Of a DNA stretch of 64,000 nucleotides, positions 1 through 10,044 are shown piece by piece. The stretch lies in contig JACPQZ010000076.1 in NCBI GenBank assembly GCA_016190205.1, positions 4,632 to 68,631 on the forward strand, read 5' to 3'. This stretch comes from Candidatus Omnitrophota bacterium (GTDB lineage Bacteria; Omnitrophota; JACPQZ01). Both the position numbers and the translations under genes were made by a program. Under the pieces are notes generated by a model. The model made no database searches, had not been told where the DNA came from, and saw only the letters and a program-made list of their open reading frames with translations. How positions within the stretch are numbered: the stretch's first letter is position 1; every line of letters starts with the position of its first letter.

Positions 1-314
1 CCCTCCTCAAAGTGGAGCTCGCAGGAGGCTTCATGTTTGAGCAAGGCCTCGGGCAGTCTCACATTAAAATCCATATCGCCTCCGTCCCAAACAATGTGTA
101 CGGGTTCCAGGGCGCGCCGCCAGAGCGCCTCCGCGCGGGCCCTCAAGACATCCCCGGCCTGGGCGGCGCGCCCAAGCGGGGCACCGAGCGCGCATAAGAC
201 TGCCAGGAGCGCCTCTTCGTCCGCACGCTTCACCCTTCCAAACGCGTCGCGATAGGCGGTCAGGACGCCGCAGGATTCGGCCAGGCGGTCAAGATCCGAC
301 TTAAACAGGTGCAT
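1..314 (-). CDS. malQ: 4-alpha-glucanotransferase (amylomaltase) MalQ, N-terminal portion only; gene continues past the window edge
   Basis: Minus-strand translation from ATG at 314 reads MHLFKSDLDRLAESCGVLTAYRDAFGRVKRADEEALLAVLCALGAPLG..., typical of a MalQ N-terminus. There is no stop before position 1. The start is 10 nt downstream of the treS-mak stop. Confidence 0.55.
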   Translation of the reverse strand, partial: MHLFKSDLDRLAESCGVLTAYRDAFGRVKRADEEALLAVLCALGAPLGRAAQAGDVLRARAEALWRRALEPVHIVWDGGDMDFNVRLPEALLKHEASCELHFEE

Positions 315-323
315 GGACCCGTC

Positions 324-3300
324 TCACGCCCCGTCCGACACAAGGTCCAAGATGGCCTGGAGGGGAATTCCGGCCCAGTCGGGTCTATTGTTGAGCTCAT
401 ACGAAAGCTCGTAAAACGCCCGTTCGAGGAGATACGAGTCCAGGAGATTTCTGACCTCGTCCCGGGCGCGCGGGAGGAAGGCGGCCTCGCGCGCCGTTTG
501 AATATAGGACTTTAAAAATGCGGCGCTTACCCATTCGTACCAAAGCGCGCTCCAGGGCTCCACGAGCGCGAGGTCCTGCGCGTGGGAGACCGCCCTTCCC
601 TGCCCCCCGTTTCCGGAAAAGGTAAGATACGCCACGGAGGCCGCGTAATGAAATGACCGGATCATACCGGCGACATCCGAGAGCGGCGAGCGCTTGAGAC
701 GCCGCTCGGTCAAAGAGCGCTCGGGCTCGCCCTCGAAGTCCATGATCACAAAATCCTTGCCGCTCGTCGCGAGCACCTGACCGAGGTGGTAATCGCCGTG
801 ACAGCGGATTCTCTGGGCCGTGATCCGTGCCCCCCGCAGCCAGTTAAAGCGCTTGGCGACTTCGGGTGCGAACGTCAAGAGCCGCTGGGCCTTCTCCCCC
901 GCCGCGCCGGTCAGGGAGGATTGGTGTTTCCGTAAAAGCTCCAGCCCCTGGCTCACGGTCCCGCTCATGGATTGGTACATGGCGCGCTGGTAGAATGGTG
1001 TAAAGGGCTCGGGATCAAACGCAGGATCCCCTTTGCTCAAGGCGAGCGCCTGGTGGAGCTCGGCCGTCCGCTTGCCCAAAAGCGACACGGAATCAAGATA
1101 GGGACCGATCATCTCGATGGCGGTCGAGCTCACGGGTTCGTCTACCAGCGCGATGAGCGGCTTTCCGGAACGCGACGCCCCCTGCGACACCTTGACGGAC
1201 GCAAGCGCGCGCTCATAAAAACGGCTCAAGGCGTCCAGGGCAAGCGACCAGGTGTCGCCCTGGTTGGCCGCATAACCCTGAAGGACTCCGAGAGTTAGGG
1301 GCTCACCGCGTTCACCGCGCTTAAACTCGAGATAACCGGCCACGGGCGGCACATTTTTAAACGCAGTGCGTTCAGTTAGAAACTTTCCGATCTCGAGGTC
1401 GGGATTCATGCCCTCCTGCACGCGGCGGAAGAGCTTAAAGATCGAGAGTTCCCCGTACACGATGGAGGTATTGCTCTGCTCCGAGCCCAGGACGCGGGGT
1501 TCCAGGGCCGCATCCGTCAACCCGTGCAGGGCGCGCAAGGCAGGGGTGGGAATCGATGCGAGCTCCCCCGTGGAACCCTTAAAGACGCGCCGCTTCTCGA
1601 TGGCCCCCAAGACAAACCGGCAAAACTCCGTATCGTAGACGGCGTCGACCAAAAGCCCCTCGGCCTTGGATTCGCGCACGACGCTCAACACGGAACCCGG
1701 AGAGACCTCCTTCACCTTGGCCGCCCTCTCCCCCGTAATAAAGGAAAGGGGGAGGCTGTATAAATCGGGCTCGCCTTCCACAAAATGGACGCGCACGAGG
1801 GCGATGACCGATTGCGGCCTCATCACGATCACCTCCACAATCTCCGCAGAAAGGACCGTCCTGGCCTTTCCGGCAAACCACCTCCGGCCCGCGAGATAGG
1901 AGGGTAAAAGGTCTTCCAGGGCGCGCTTCGACTTGCCTCTGAAAAGGGTCTGCCAGCGTCCCGAGGTCTCGAGCACCGGGACCCCGGGCTCCCGCATTTC
2001 CGCAAGGCCCTTCCCCCCTCCCGCAGATTCCAGTGAAAACCAGTAGAAGGAATGCGGCCCCAGGGTCACGGTGTACGGGGCGTCCGTGATCGCGGGAAAT
2101 TCCGTGCGGCCGAAGAGCTCCACCGGAAGGGCGCCCTTATACGCCGATAGATCCAGCGTGGCGTACTGCACGAAGCGCGAAAGATTCGCCACGACCAAGA
2201 TAATTTCGCCCTCATGCGCGCGCACAAAGGCCAGGACCTTCGGGTTTTGCGGAATGAGGAGCTTGAACGAGCCCCTGCCGAAAACCGTATGCCTCGCCCG
2301 GATGGCGAGGATGCGCTTCATCCACCTCAAGAGCGAATGCGGATTTTTCTCCTGGGTCTCGACGTTTACGGCCTCATAATGCGACGCGGGATCGATAATT
2401 ATAGGAAGATAGAGCCTTTGGGGATTGGCGTGGGAAAAGCCTGCGTTCTGGTCGGCGCTCCACTGCATGGGGGTGCGCACCCCGTTGCGGTCTCCCAGAT
2501 ACACGTTGTCCCCCATGCCGATCTCATCGCCGTAGTAAATGACCGGAGTTCCCGGGAGGGATAAAAGCAGGCCGTTTAAGAGCTCAATGGTGCGGCGGTG
2601 GAAACCCAAAAGGGGCGCGAGGCGCCTGCGAATGCCTAAATTGATGCGCATCTCCTGCTCCTGGGCGAAGGCGCGGTACATGTAATCACGCTCCTCGTCG
2701 GTCACCATCTCCAAGGTGAGCTCGTCATGGTTTCTTAAAAAAATCGCCCACTGGCTGACTTTGGAAATCTCGGGCGTCTGCTCGAGGATATCCACGATGG
2801 GCTGGCGGCTCTCCTTGCGCAGGGCCATAAAGAGACGCGGCATGAGGGGAAAGTGAAACGCTATCTGACACTCGTCCCCCGACCCGAAATACTTGGCGGC
2901 GTCTTCCGGCCATTGGTTGGCCTCACCCAGGAACATGCGGTTTTTGAAGCGGGCGTCAACATGCCGGCGAAGCGCCTTTAAGAAATCATGGGTCTCGGGC
3001 AGGTTTTCACAATTCGTCCCCTCTTTTTCGAAAAGGTACGGCACGGCGTCCAGGCGCAGGCCGTCGACACCCAGCCCCAGCCAGAAATCGAGCACCCTTT
3101 TCACCGCCTTGACCACCAGGGGGTTCTCGTAATTGAGATCCGGCTGGTGGGAATAAAAGCGGTGCCAGTAGTAGGCCTTGGCGATAGGGTCCCAGGCCCA
3201 GTTGGAGGTCTCGAAGTCCTTGAAGATAACGCGGGCATCGCGGTATTTCTCCGGCGATTCGCTCCAGACATAAAACTGGCGGTAGGGGCTCGAGGGCTTT

Positions 3301-3710
3301 TCCCGACGGGCGCGCTTAAACCACGGGTGCTCATTGGAGGTGTGATTCAAGACAAGCTCCGTGATGACCCGCAGGCCCCGCCGGTGCGCCTCCCTTAAAA
3401 AGACGTTAAAATCCCTTAAGGAGCCGTAGGCCGGATGGACGTCCGTGTAATCCGCGATGTCGTAGCCGTCGTCTTTTAACGGCGAAGGATAAAAAGGAAG
3501 GAGCCACAGGGCCGTCACCCCCAGGTCCTGGAGGTAGTCCAGCTTCCGGGTGAGGCCTACGAAATCTCCGATGCCGTCTCCGTCGCTGTCCTGAAACGCG
3601 CGCACATGGAGCTCGTAGATGATGGCGTCCTGGTACCACAGCGGGTTGTCCGCGAGAAGCGTACTGGATGCCTTGGCACCGGCCTTGGCTTCAAGCTTGG
3701 GTTCAGTCAT
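324..3710 (-). CDS. treS: Trehalose synthase / maltokinase fusion (TreS-Mak/Pep2)
   Basis: 1128-aa ORF. The N-terminal half carries GH13 TreS motifs (LWYQDAIIYELHVRAFQDSDGDGIGDF, GVDGLRLDAV, RNHDELTLEM). The C-terminal ~450 aa is a maltokinase-like domain. Confidence 0.9.
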   Translation of the reverse strand: MTEPKLEAKAGAKASSTLLADNPLWYQDAIIYELHVRAFQDSDGDGIGDFVGLTRKLDYLQDLGVTALWLLPFYPSPLKDDGYDIADYTDVHPAYGSLRDFNVFLREAHRRGLRVITELVLNHTSNEHPWFKRARREKPSSPYRQFYVWSESPEKYRDARVIFKDFETSNWAWDPIAKAYYWHRFYSHQPDLNYENPLVVKAVKRVLDFWLGLGVDGLRLDAVPYLFEKEGTNCENLPETHDFLKALRRHVDARFKNRMFLGEANQWPEDAAKYFGSGDECQIAFHFPLMPRLFMALRKESRQPIVDILEQTPEISKVSQWAIFLRNHDELTLEMVTDEERDYMYRAFAQEQEMRINLGIRRRLAPLLGFHRRTIELLNGLLLSLPGTPVIYYGDEIGMGDNVYLGDRNGVRTPMQWSADQNAGFSHANPQRLYLPIIIDPASHYEAVNVETQEKNPHSLLRWMKRILAIRARHTVFGRGSFKLLIPQNPKVLAFVRAHEGEIILVVANLSRFVQYATLDLSAYKGALPVELFGRTEFPAITDAPYTVTLGPHSFYWFSLESAGGGKGLAEMREPGVPVLETSGRWQTLFRGKSKRALEDLLPSYLAGRRWFAGKARTVLSAEIVEVIVMRPQSVIALVRVHFVEGEPDLYSLPLSFITGERAAKVKEVSPGSVLSVVRESKAEGLLVDAVYDTEFCRFVLGAIEKRRVFKGSTGELASIPTPALRALHGLTDAALEPRVLGSEQSNTSIVYGELSIFKLFRRVQEGMNPDLEIGKFLTERTAFKNVPPVAGYLEFKRGERGEPLTLGVLQGYAANQGDTWSLALDALSRFYERALASVKVSQGASRSGKPLIALVDEPVSSTAIEMIGPYLDSVSLLGKRTAELHQALALSKGDPAFDPEPFTPFYQRAMYQSMSGTVSQGLELLRKHQSSLTGAAGEKAQRLLTFAPEVAKRFNWLRGARITAQRIRCHGDYHLGQVLATSGKDFVIMDFEGEPERSLTERRLKRSPLSDVAGMIRSFHYAASVAYLTFSGNGGQGRAVSHAQDLALVEPWSALWYEWVSAAFLKSYIQTAREAAFLPRARDEVRNLLDSYLLERAFYELSYELNNRPDWAGIPLQAILDLVSDGA

Positions 3711-3717
3711 GTTCCCT

Positions 3718-5760
3718 CTATTTTCCGGCGGGTTTTACAACGCGAAAGATGTGCGCCGGCTGGCTGTTGGGATCGAGCTTCACAAAATTACGCGCCCCCC
3801 GCCAGGTGTACACGGCGCCGCCCAAAAGGTCTTGGAGTTCATACGGCCGCGCGAGGTCAAGCCCGAGCGCCGCGAGGTCAAGCTCCACCCAGCCCGACTG
3901 CGCGTTCCGGGGATCGAGATTGACGATCACAATCACCGTCTCCCCCGAACCCGCGTCCTGTTTACTGTAGGCGATAAGCTCCTTGTTATCCGCCGGGTGA
4001 AACTTAAGGCTCAAATCCTGCCGCAAGGCCTGGCATTCCTTCCGGATCATGTTCACGCGCGTGATGAGATCGCAGAGGCTTTCTTTCCTTTCTATATCCC
4101 AGTGCCGGAGCTCGTACTTTTCGGAGTTCAGGTACTCCTCGCCCCCCTTTTCCCGCGGACGGCTCTCGCACAGCTCAAAGGCTGGTCCGTAAATACCGTA
4201 GTTGGCGCCCAGGGTCGCGGCAAGCACCAAGCGCGCGCGGAAGGCGGGGGGACCGCCGGACTGCAGGGTCTCGTGCAGGATATCCGGGGTATTGGGCCAC
4301 AGGTTCGGCCGGAAGAACTCGCGCACGGGGCTCTGGGTGAGCTCCGTGAAATACTGCTCGAGCTCGCGCTTCGTGTTGCGCCAGGTAAAATACGTGTACG
4401 ATTGCGTGAACCCCAGCTTGGCCAGGTGATACATGACCTTCGGCCGCGTGAAGGCCTCGGACAGAAAGATCACGTCGGGATGCTCCTTCTTCACCTGCGT
4501 GATGAGCCATTCCCAGAAGCGAAAGGGTTTGGTGTGGGGATTATCGGCTCGGAATATCTTGACGCCCTGATGAATCCAAAAGAGCACGATCCCTTTAAGC
4601 TCGAGCCAGAGCTTCTGCCAGTCTTCCGTCTCAAAATTAAAAGGATAGATATCCTCGTATTTCTTGGGGGGATTTTCCGCATACTGAATCGTCCCGTCGG
4701 GGCGTACGACAAACCAGTCCGGATGCGCCAGGCAATACGGGTGGTCGGGCGAAGTGTGAAAGGCGAGATCCAGGGCGACCTCAAGTCCCAGGGCCTTCGC
4801 CTGCGCCACGAACTTCCGGAAGTCTTCCAGGGTCCCCAGTTCGGGATGCACCGACTTATGCCCGCCTTCGGGGGATCCGATGGCCCAGGGGCTTCCGGGT
4901 TCCCCGGGGGCCGCCGACATTTCGTTATTCTTTCCCTTCCGGTTCGTGCGCCCTACGGGGTGAATGGGGGGAAGGTACACCACGTCAAAGCCCATCCCGG
5001 CAATATAGGAAAGGCGCGCCTCACACTCCGCAAAGGTGCCGTGCCGGGCCGGCTCCCTGCCCGCCGAGCGCGGGAAAAACTCGTACCAGGATCCGAACGA
5101 GGCCCTCTCCCAGTCCACCCAGACGCCCAGCTCACGGGGATAGCTCACCGCGCCTCTTCTGTCCGGATAGCGGTTCATCAGAAATTCCAGGTCGCCGCCC
5201 AAGGCAAGCTTGATCCGGATGTGCGGGGCGATGTCGCGCTCCTCCTTAAGACACCGCGCAAAATCGCGCAGGGACTCCTGGTCAGCCCCCTCGGCCCGCT
5301 GGGCGGCGGCCTCTACAAGAACTCCCCCCAGCGCGAGATCTGACGACACATCCACATCCGCCGCCACCTTCTTTTCCAGATCGCGCCTCCAGGTCGCAAA
5401 GGGATCCACCCAGGCCTCCACGCAATAAAGATACCGCCCCAGCTCGCCCAAGCGAAACGAGCCGCGCCACCTGTCGTTCGAGAGCTGGCCCATGGGCGAG
5501 CAGCGCCATTCCGGCTCCCGCTCATGCCGGTAAAGTATCTGGGCAGAAACCGTCCCGTCGCCGTCGGCAAAGATATCCGCCTCCACGTAAAGCTCCTCTC
5601 CAACCGTGCGCTTCACCGAAAAGCGGCCCCCGTCGATTTCCGGAGTGACCGACTCGATCACCATGCGGGAGGGACTTAAGGGCGGTACGGGGCCGGCGCC
5701 ACCCGAAGACCCCTGGTTCCCCGCTCCTCTTTCCGGATCCACGCGCGAAGGGCGGTTCAT
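3718..5760 (-). CDS. glgE: Alpha-1,4-glucan:maltose-1-phosphate maltosyltransferase GlgE
   Basis: 680-aa ORF with a GlgE-type N-terminus (IESVTPEIDGGRFSVKRTVGE) and a GH13 core. Its ATG overlaps the glgX stop in an ATGA arrangement. Confidence 0.9.
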   Translation of the reverse strand: MNRPSRVDPERGAGNQGSSGGAGPVPPLSPSRMVIESVTPEIDGGRFSVKRTVGEELYVEADIFADGDGTVSAQILYRHEREPEWRCSPMGQLSNDRWRGSFRLGELGRYLYCVEAWVDPFATWRRDLEKKVAADVDVSSDLALGGVLVEAAAQRAEGADQESLRDFARCLKEERDIAPHIRIKLALGGDLEFLMNRYPDRRGAVSYPRELGVWVDWERASFGSWYEFFPRSAGREPARHGTFAECEARLSYIAGMGFDVVYLPPIHPVGRTNRKGKNNEMSAAPGEPGSPWAIGSPEGGHKSVHPELGTLEDFRKFVAQAKALGLEVALDLAFHTSPDHPYCLAHPDWFVVRPDGTIQYAENPPKKYEDIYPFNFETEDWQKLWLELKGIVLFWIHQGVKIFRADNPHTKPFRFWEWLITQVKKEHPDVIFLSEAFTRPKVMYHLAKLGFTQSYTYFTWRNTKRELEQYFTELTQSPVREFFRPNLWPNTPDILHETLQSGGPPAFRARLVLAATLGANYGIYGPAFELCESRPREKGGEEYLNSEKYELRHWDIERKESLCDLITRVNMIRKECQALRQDLSLKFHPADNKELIAYSKQDAGSGETVIVIVNLDPRNAQSGWVELDLAALGLDLARPYELQDLLGGAVYTWRGARNFVKLDPNSQPAHIFRVVKPAGK

Positions 5761-7895
5761 CGCAGCCTCTCCGTCATTCGAAATACGGCCAGGGAGTGGC
5801 CCGCCAGCTCAAATTGTGAACTGTGCTCTAAAGTCATGGAATCCGCCGCCGGCCTGGCCGTGTTGAGCGCGCAGTGCCAGGAAGCCTTCCGTGCCGCGGG
5901 AGGAAGATGGAACAGAACGGCATCGTTCGCGGAATTAGCGAGTATTAAAAGCTGGTCCTGCCCGGCCATAAGCGCCCCGAGACATCTCAACTCCTTGTCA
6001 GCCCACTCGGACTCTGTCATCTCCCTGCCCGAAGGCGCGAGCCACGTAATATCCTTTAACCCTGTGCCGGAGACAGGGACTCCTTCAAAGAAGGATGTCC
6101 GGAAGATGACCGCCTCGTCTTTGCGCAGGCGGATGACCCTGGTCACGAATTCGAGAAACTCTTTTTTTGCTTCATCCAAATCCCAATCCACCCACGTCAG
6201 AGGGCTGTCATGACAGTAGGCGTTGTTGTTGCCTTTCTGGGTGCGGCCCAGTTCGTCGCCGTGGGAAAGGAGCGGAACGCCCTGCGACAAGAGCAATGTG
6301 GCCATCAGATTACGCTTTTGCCGCTGTCTCAACGCCCGTACGTGAGGGTCCCGCGACGGACCCTCAACCCCGCCGTTTGAACTAAAATTCTCGCGATCGC
6401 CGTCGGCATTCTTTTCCTGGTTGGCCTCATTGCGCTTCTCGCTGTAACTCACCACGTCCTCCAGGGTAAACCCGTCATGCACCGTCACGTAGTTAATACT
6501 GGCTTGAGGCGTGCGTCCGTTCCGGCCAAAAAGGTCGCTCGAACCGGCCAGCCGGGTGGCAAACTCTCCTGCTGAACCCGCATCCCCCCTCCAGAAACGC
6601 CTCACCGCGTCGCGGTACCTTCCGTTCCACTCGGACCACCCGTGCGGAAAATGGCCCAGACGGTACCCGCCTGGTCCGGTATCCCAAGGCTCGGCCATCC
6701 ACTTGACCCCCGAGAGGGCCGCGTCGTCCCGGATGGAGCCGTAAAATTCAGCAAGCGCATCCTCACCGTCCAGACCGCGCGCCAGGGCCGGGGCCAGATC
6801 AAAACGGAATCCATCCACATGCATCTCCTCAACCCAATAGCGCAAGCTGTCCAGAACGAGCGCGCGCGTCCGCGGGTGCTTCATATTGAGGGTATTCCCG
6901 CATCCGGTGTAATCCACATAGGCGCGGGGATCATCCCCCCTGACCAGGTAGTAGCTTTTGTTGTCGATTCCGCGCAAAGAGAGGGTGGGTCCCAAGGGTC
7001 CTCCCTCCGCCGTGTGGTTATATACCACATCCAAAATAACCTCGATCCCCTCGCGGTGCAGGGCGCGGACCATGGTCTTAAACTCCCGCACCGCGTCCCC
7101 CGGCCCGCCCTGCAAGCCCCCGGCCGGGGCGGGTTCGGGCCTTGCGGTTGACGAAAACCGAATGTCCGGAGCAAACCAGCCCAGGGTGTTGTAGCCCCAA
7201 AAGTTCGTCAGCCCGACCTCTGCCAAATGCCGGTCCAGGGAGTGCTGATGGACCGGCATAAGCTCAACGGCCGTAACCCCAAGCTTCTTTAAGTGCCGGA
7301 TGGCCGGCTCGCTCGCCAGCCCCGCGTACGTCCCCCGCAGCTCCTTACGAACTTCCGGATGGAGCGCAGTAAATCCCTTGACATGCAGTTCGTAGATAAT
7401 CGACTTTTGCCACGGAACGAGGGGGGGTCTGTCCTCCTCCCAGTCAAAGGCCGGATCAATTACGAGCCCCAGGGCCGCACACTTCGCGCTATCGCGCCGG
7501 TCAAAGGCAAGATCCAGCCTGGGATCGCCGCTCCGGTACGCGAAGAGCTCATTACCCCAACGCGTGGCGCGCCCGACACCCCGCGCGTACGGATCAAAAA
7601 CCACCTTATGCGGGTTGAAACGGTGGCCCTTTCTGGGATCGTAAGGACCATGGACGCGATAGCCATAAAGCTGTCCCGGCCCCGCCGGGAGAGCGTAACC
7701 GTGCCATACCCCCTCATAAGGGCCGAAAAGCTGAAAGCGGTAAGTCTCGGAACGCGCGTCAGGGGAGTTAAAAAGGCAAAGCTCTACCTTTGTGGCATGG
7801 TCCGAAAAAAGCGCATAGTTTACCCCTGATCCGTCCCACGTGGCTCCTAAAGGATAAGGCCTTCCGGGCCGTATGCGGATCCGACGCTTGAAAAT
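5757..7895 (-). CDS. glgX: Glycogen debranching enzyme GlgX. The ORF track begins at GTG 7604, but the conserved N-terminal domain extends upstream with no canonical start codon.
   Basis: The ORF 5757..7604 continues in frame upstream as RIRIRPGRPYPLGATWDGSGVNYALFSDHATKVELCLF..., the conserved GlgX N-terminus, up to a TAA at 7917-7919. There is no ATG, GTG or TTG in these ~105 codons. The 5-prime end given here assumes the ATT at 7895. Confidence 0.8.
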   Translation of the reverse strand: MFKRRIRIRPGRPYPLGATWDGSGVNYALFSDHATKVELCLFNSPDARSETYRFQLFGPYEGVWHGYALPAGPGQLYGYRVHGPYDPRKGHRFNPHKVVFDPYARGVGRATRWGNELFAYRSGDPRLDLAFDRRDSAKCAALGLVIDPAFDWEEDRPPLVPWQKSIIYELHVKGFTALHPEVRKELRGTYAGLASEPAIRHLKKLGVTAVELMPVHQHSLDRHLAEVGLTNFWGYNTLGWFAPDIRFSSTARPEPAPAGGLQGGPGDAVREFKTMVRALHREGIEVILDVVYNHTAEGGPLGPTLSLRGIDNKSYYLVRGDDPRAYVDYTGCGNTLNMKHPRTRALVLDSLRYWVEEMHVDGFRFDLAPALARGLDGEDALAEFYGSIRDDAALSGVKWMAEPWDTGPGGYRLGHFPHGWSEWNGRYRDAVRRFWRGDAGSAGEFATRLAGSSDLFGRNGRTPQASINYVTVHDGFTLEDVVSYSEKRNEANQEKNADGDRENFSSNGGVEGPSRDPHVRALRQRQKRNLMATLLLSQGVPLLSHGDELGRTQKGNNNAYCHDSPLTWVDWDLDEAKKEFLEFVTRVIRLRKDEAVIFRTSFFEGVPVSGTGLKDITWLAPSGREMTESEWADKELRCLGALMAGQDQLLILANSANDAVLFHLPPAARKASWHCALNTARPAADSMTLEHSSQFELAGHSLAVFRMTERLR

Positions 7896-7935
7896 AGGAA
7901 TCCTTGCCGGAGGAAATTAAGTTTGAAGACCGGTT

Positions 7936-8193
7936 TCAAACAAAAGTACGGGTGGTGCTGGCCGATTCTCTCCTGATTTCCCTCTCGGCCTGCAGCCAAT
8001 CTTGTTGAGCACTACCCTGCTGCCTGCCCTTCCGTTCCCAAATTGCGTACGCCCGCTCCCGAATTTTTTGTTCGAGTCTCGGTTCGCGTCTTTGCTGCGG
8101 AGCGGCCCCTTGATTCTGCGGAGCGCCCGGAGAGGCTGTCCACTCTCTTTCTCTTCTTGGCCGAGTTGCGACTTCCCTTTTCATTTGACACAC
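7936..8193 (-). CDS. DUF2934 family small protein
   Basis: 85-aa ORF containing ERAYAIWERKGRQQGSAQQDWLQAEREI, the DUF2934 signature. Confidence 0.55.
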   Translation of the reverse strand: MCQMKREVATRPRREREWTASPGAPQNQGAAPQQRREPRLEQKIRERAYAIWERKGRQQGSAQQDWLQAEREIRRESASTTRTFV

Positions 8194-8361
8194 CTCCTTT
8201 TTTAGCTATGAGCTTTCAGCTTTCAGCCGACAGCTGATCGCTCCTTACCTATTAATTGTATTGTGAAAACTGATGCTGGCACTTCATTATACCAAAGCCC
8301 GTATCTTTTTCTATGATATAGTGCTACAATAACGACTCAACCAACTATGGCATAACGAGTA

Positions 8362-10044
8362 ATGAAACCTCGAATTGCATATTTTTCAATGGAAATAGGC
8401 CTGGATAACACCCTGCCGACCTACGCGGGGGGGCTGGGCATCGTGGCAGGAGATACCATCTATTCGGCCGCAGACCAGGGGATTTCCATGGCTGCAGTCA
8501 CCCTGCTTTACCGCAAGGGTCATTTCCGGCAGACCCTGGAGGCGGATGGCACCCAACGCGAAGAACCAGTGACCTGGCCCATTGAAAATTATCTCAAGGA
8601 GTGCGGCCCGCGGGCCCAGGTAGAGATCGCGGGGCGGAAGGTCACCGTGCGGGCCTGGGAATACCAGGTAAAAGGACACGGCGGATTCGTCGTCCCCGTC
8701 TATTTTTTGGATACGGATCTCCCTGAAAATAGCGATGTAGACCGCGGGCTGACCGATGTCCTTTATGGCGGGGACGAGCGCTACCGGATCTCGCAGGAGG
8801 TGATCTTGGGGATCGGAGGCGTGCGCGTCTTGCGCGCGATGGGGTATGACTCCATCGAGCGTTTTCATATGAATGAGGGTCACGCGGCGTTTCTCGTGCT
8901 GGAACTTTTGCAGGAGCGGCTGCAGGCGACAAACCGCACTCAATTACAGGATGAAGATCTTGAAGCAGTAAGAAAGTCATGCGTCTTTACGACGCACACC
9001 CCCGTAGCTGCAGGCCACGACCAGTTCCCGCTCGCCCTGGCCCACGATGTGCTCTCCAGATGCCCCCTCCTCGGCAGAGAGGATCTCTGCAGCCATGAAG
9101 GCAAATGCAACATGACGTACCTGGCGCTGCGCTTCAGCCGGTACGTGAATGGCGTGGCCAAAAAGCACGCAGAGGTCACCCGGAATCTTTTCACTGAATA
9201 CCCCATTGACTCCATCACGAACGGCGTGCACGCGGTCCGCTGGACCTCGGAACCCTTCCAGGCCGTGTATGACCGATATATCCCGGGCTGGAGACAGGAC
9301 CACAGCCTCCTGCGCTATGCGATCCGGCTCCCGAGGAGGGAGCTTATCGATGCTCATGAAAAAGCTAAACTCGCCCTATTGGGTTACGTCGAAAAATGCA
9401 CGGGGTCGGTGCTCAAACCTGACGTCTTGACGCTGGGTTTCGGACGCAGGGCCACCGCGTACAAGCGCATGAACCTTTTGTTCCAGGACATGGAGCGTCT
9501 GCGTGCGATCGCGAAAGCGGAAACGCCGATTCAGGTTGTCTTCTCGGGTAAGGCCCATCCCATGGATGGGGAGGGAAAAGCCCTCATCAGGCAGATCCAC
9601 CAGGCCAAGGCGGAACTCAATGGTGCTATTCCCATCGTGTACCTTCCCGAATACAACATGGAGCTCGGAAAGCTCCTCACGTCAGGTGTGGACATCTGGC
9701 TCAACACGCCCCAGCCCCCGCTGGAGGCCTCGGGCACGAGCGGCATGAAGGCCGCCTTAAACGGAGTTCCTTCATTGAGTATCCTGGACGGCTGGTGGGT
9801 GGAAGGCTGCATCGAGGGCGTTACGGGATGGGCCATCGGTTCGAGCTCCCGAAATTACGAGCCCACCGTCTCAAACGACTCACGGTCTTTGTATGTGAAG
9901 CTGGAGAAGAAGATCTTACCCCTGTTTTACGAGAACAAGGAGCACTTTACCGACATCATGGCGCAATGCATCGCACTGAATGGTTCCTTTTTTCACTCAC
10001 AGCGGATGATCGAACAATATGTGGTCAAGGCGTATTATAAATGA
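8362..10044 (+). CDS. glgP: Alpha-glucan phosphorylase (GT35, short maltodextrin/glycogen phosphorylase type)
   Basis: 560-aa ORF with the PLP-site motif LEASGTSGMKAALNG and an N-terminal MKPRIAYFSMEIG segment. It is divergent from the glgX cluster. Confidence 0.85.
   Translation: MKPRIAYFSMEIGLDNTLPTYAGGLGIVAGDTIYSAADQGISMAAVTLLYRKGHFRQTLEADGTQREEPVTWPIENYLKECGPRAQVEIAGRKVTVRAWEYQVKGHGGFVVPVYFLDTDLPENSDVDRGLTDVLYGGDERYRISQEVILGIGGVRVLRAMGYDSIERFHMNEGHAAFLVLELLQERLQATNRTQLQDEDLEAVRKSCVFTTHTPVAAGHDQFPLALAHDVLSRCPLLGREDLCSHEGKCNMTYLALRFSRYVNGVAKKHAEVTRNLFTEYPIDSITNGVHAVRWTSEPFQAVYDRYIPGWRQDHSLLRYAIRLPRRELIDAHEKAKLALLGYVEKCTGSVLKPDVLTLGFGRRATAYKRMNLLFQDMERLRAIAKAETPIQVVFSGKAHPMDGEGKALIRQIHQAKAELNGAIPIVYLPEYNMELGKLLTSGVDIWLNTPQPPLEASGTSGMKAALNGVPSLSILDGWWVEGCIEGVTGWAIGSSSRNYEPTVSNDSRSLYVKLEKKILPLFYENKEHFTDIMAQCIALNGSFFHSQRMIEQYVVKAYYK

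Noticed and set aside
12-255. Plus-strand ORFs 12..197 and 37..255 at the window start
   Set aside because: They lie antisense to the malQ N-terminal coding sequence and have low-complexity translations.
3619-5343. Long antisense ORFs (for example 3619..5343 plus strand at 574 aa, 2988..3398, 6642..7151 and many others) overlapping the glgE, treS and glgX genes
   Set aside because: These are typical spurious open frames on the opposite strand of high-GC genes. Their translations are low complexity and Arg/Pro/Gly-rich with no recognisable domains, whereas the sense-strand genes have strong family signatures.
8195-8360. A sigma-54-like TGGCAC motif upstream of glgP (ctggcacttcattatacc)
   Set aside because: It lacks the TTGC element at the -12 position. 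The region is more consistent with an AT-rich sigma-70 type promoter (tacaat near 8322), and this cannot be confirmed.
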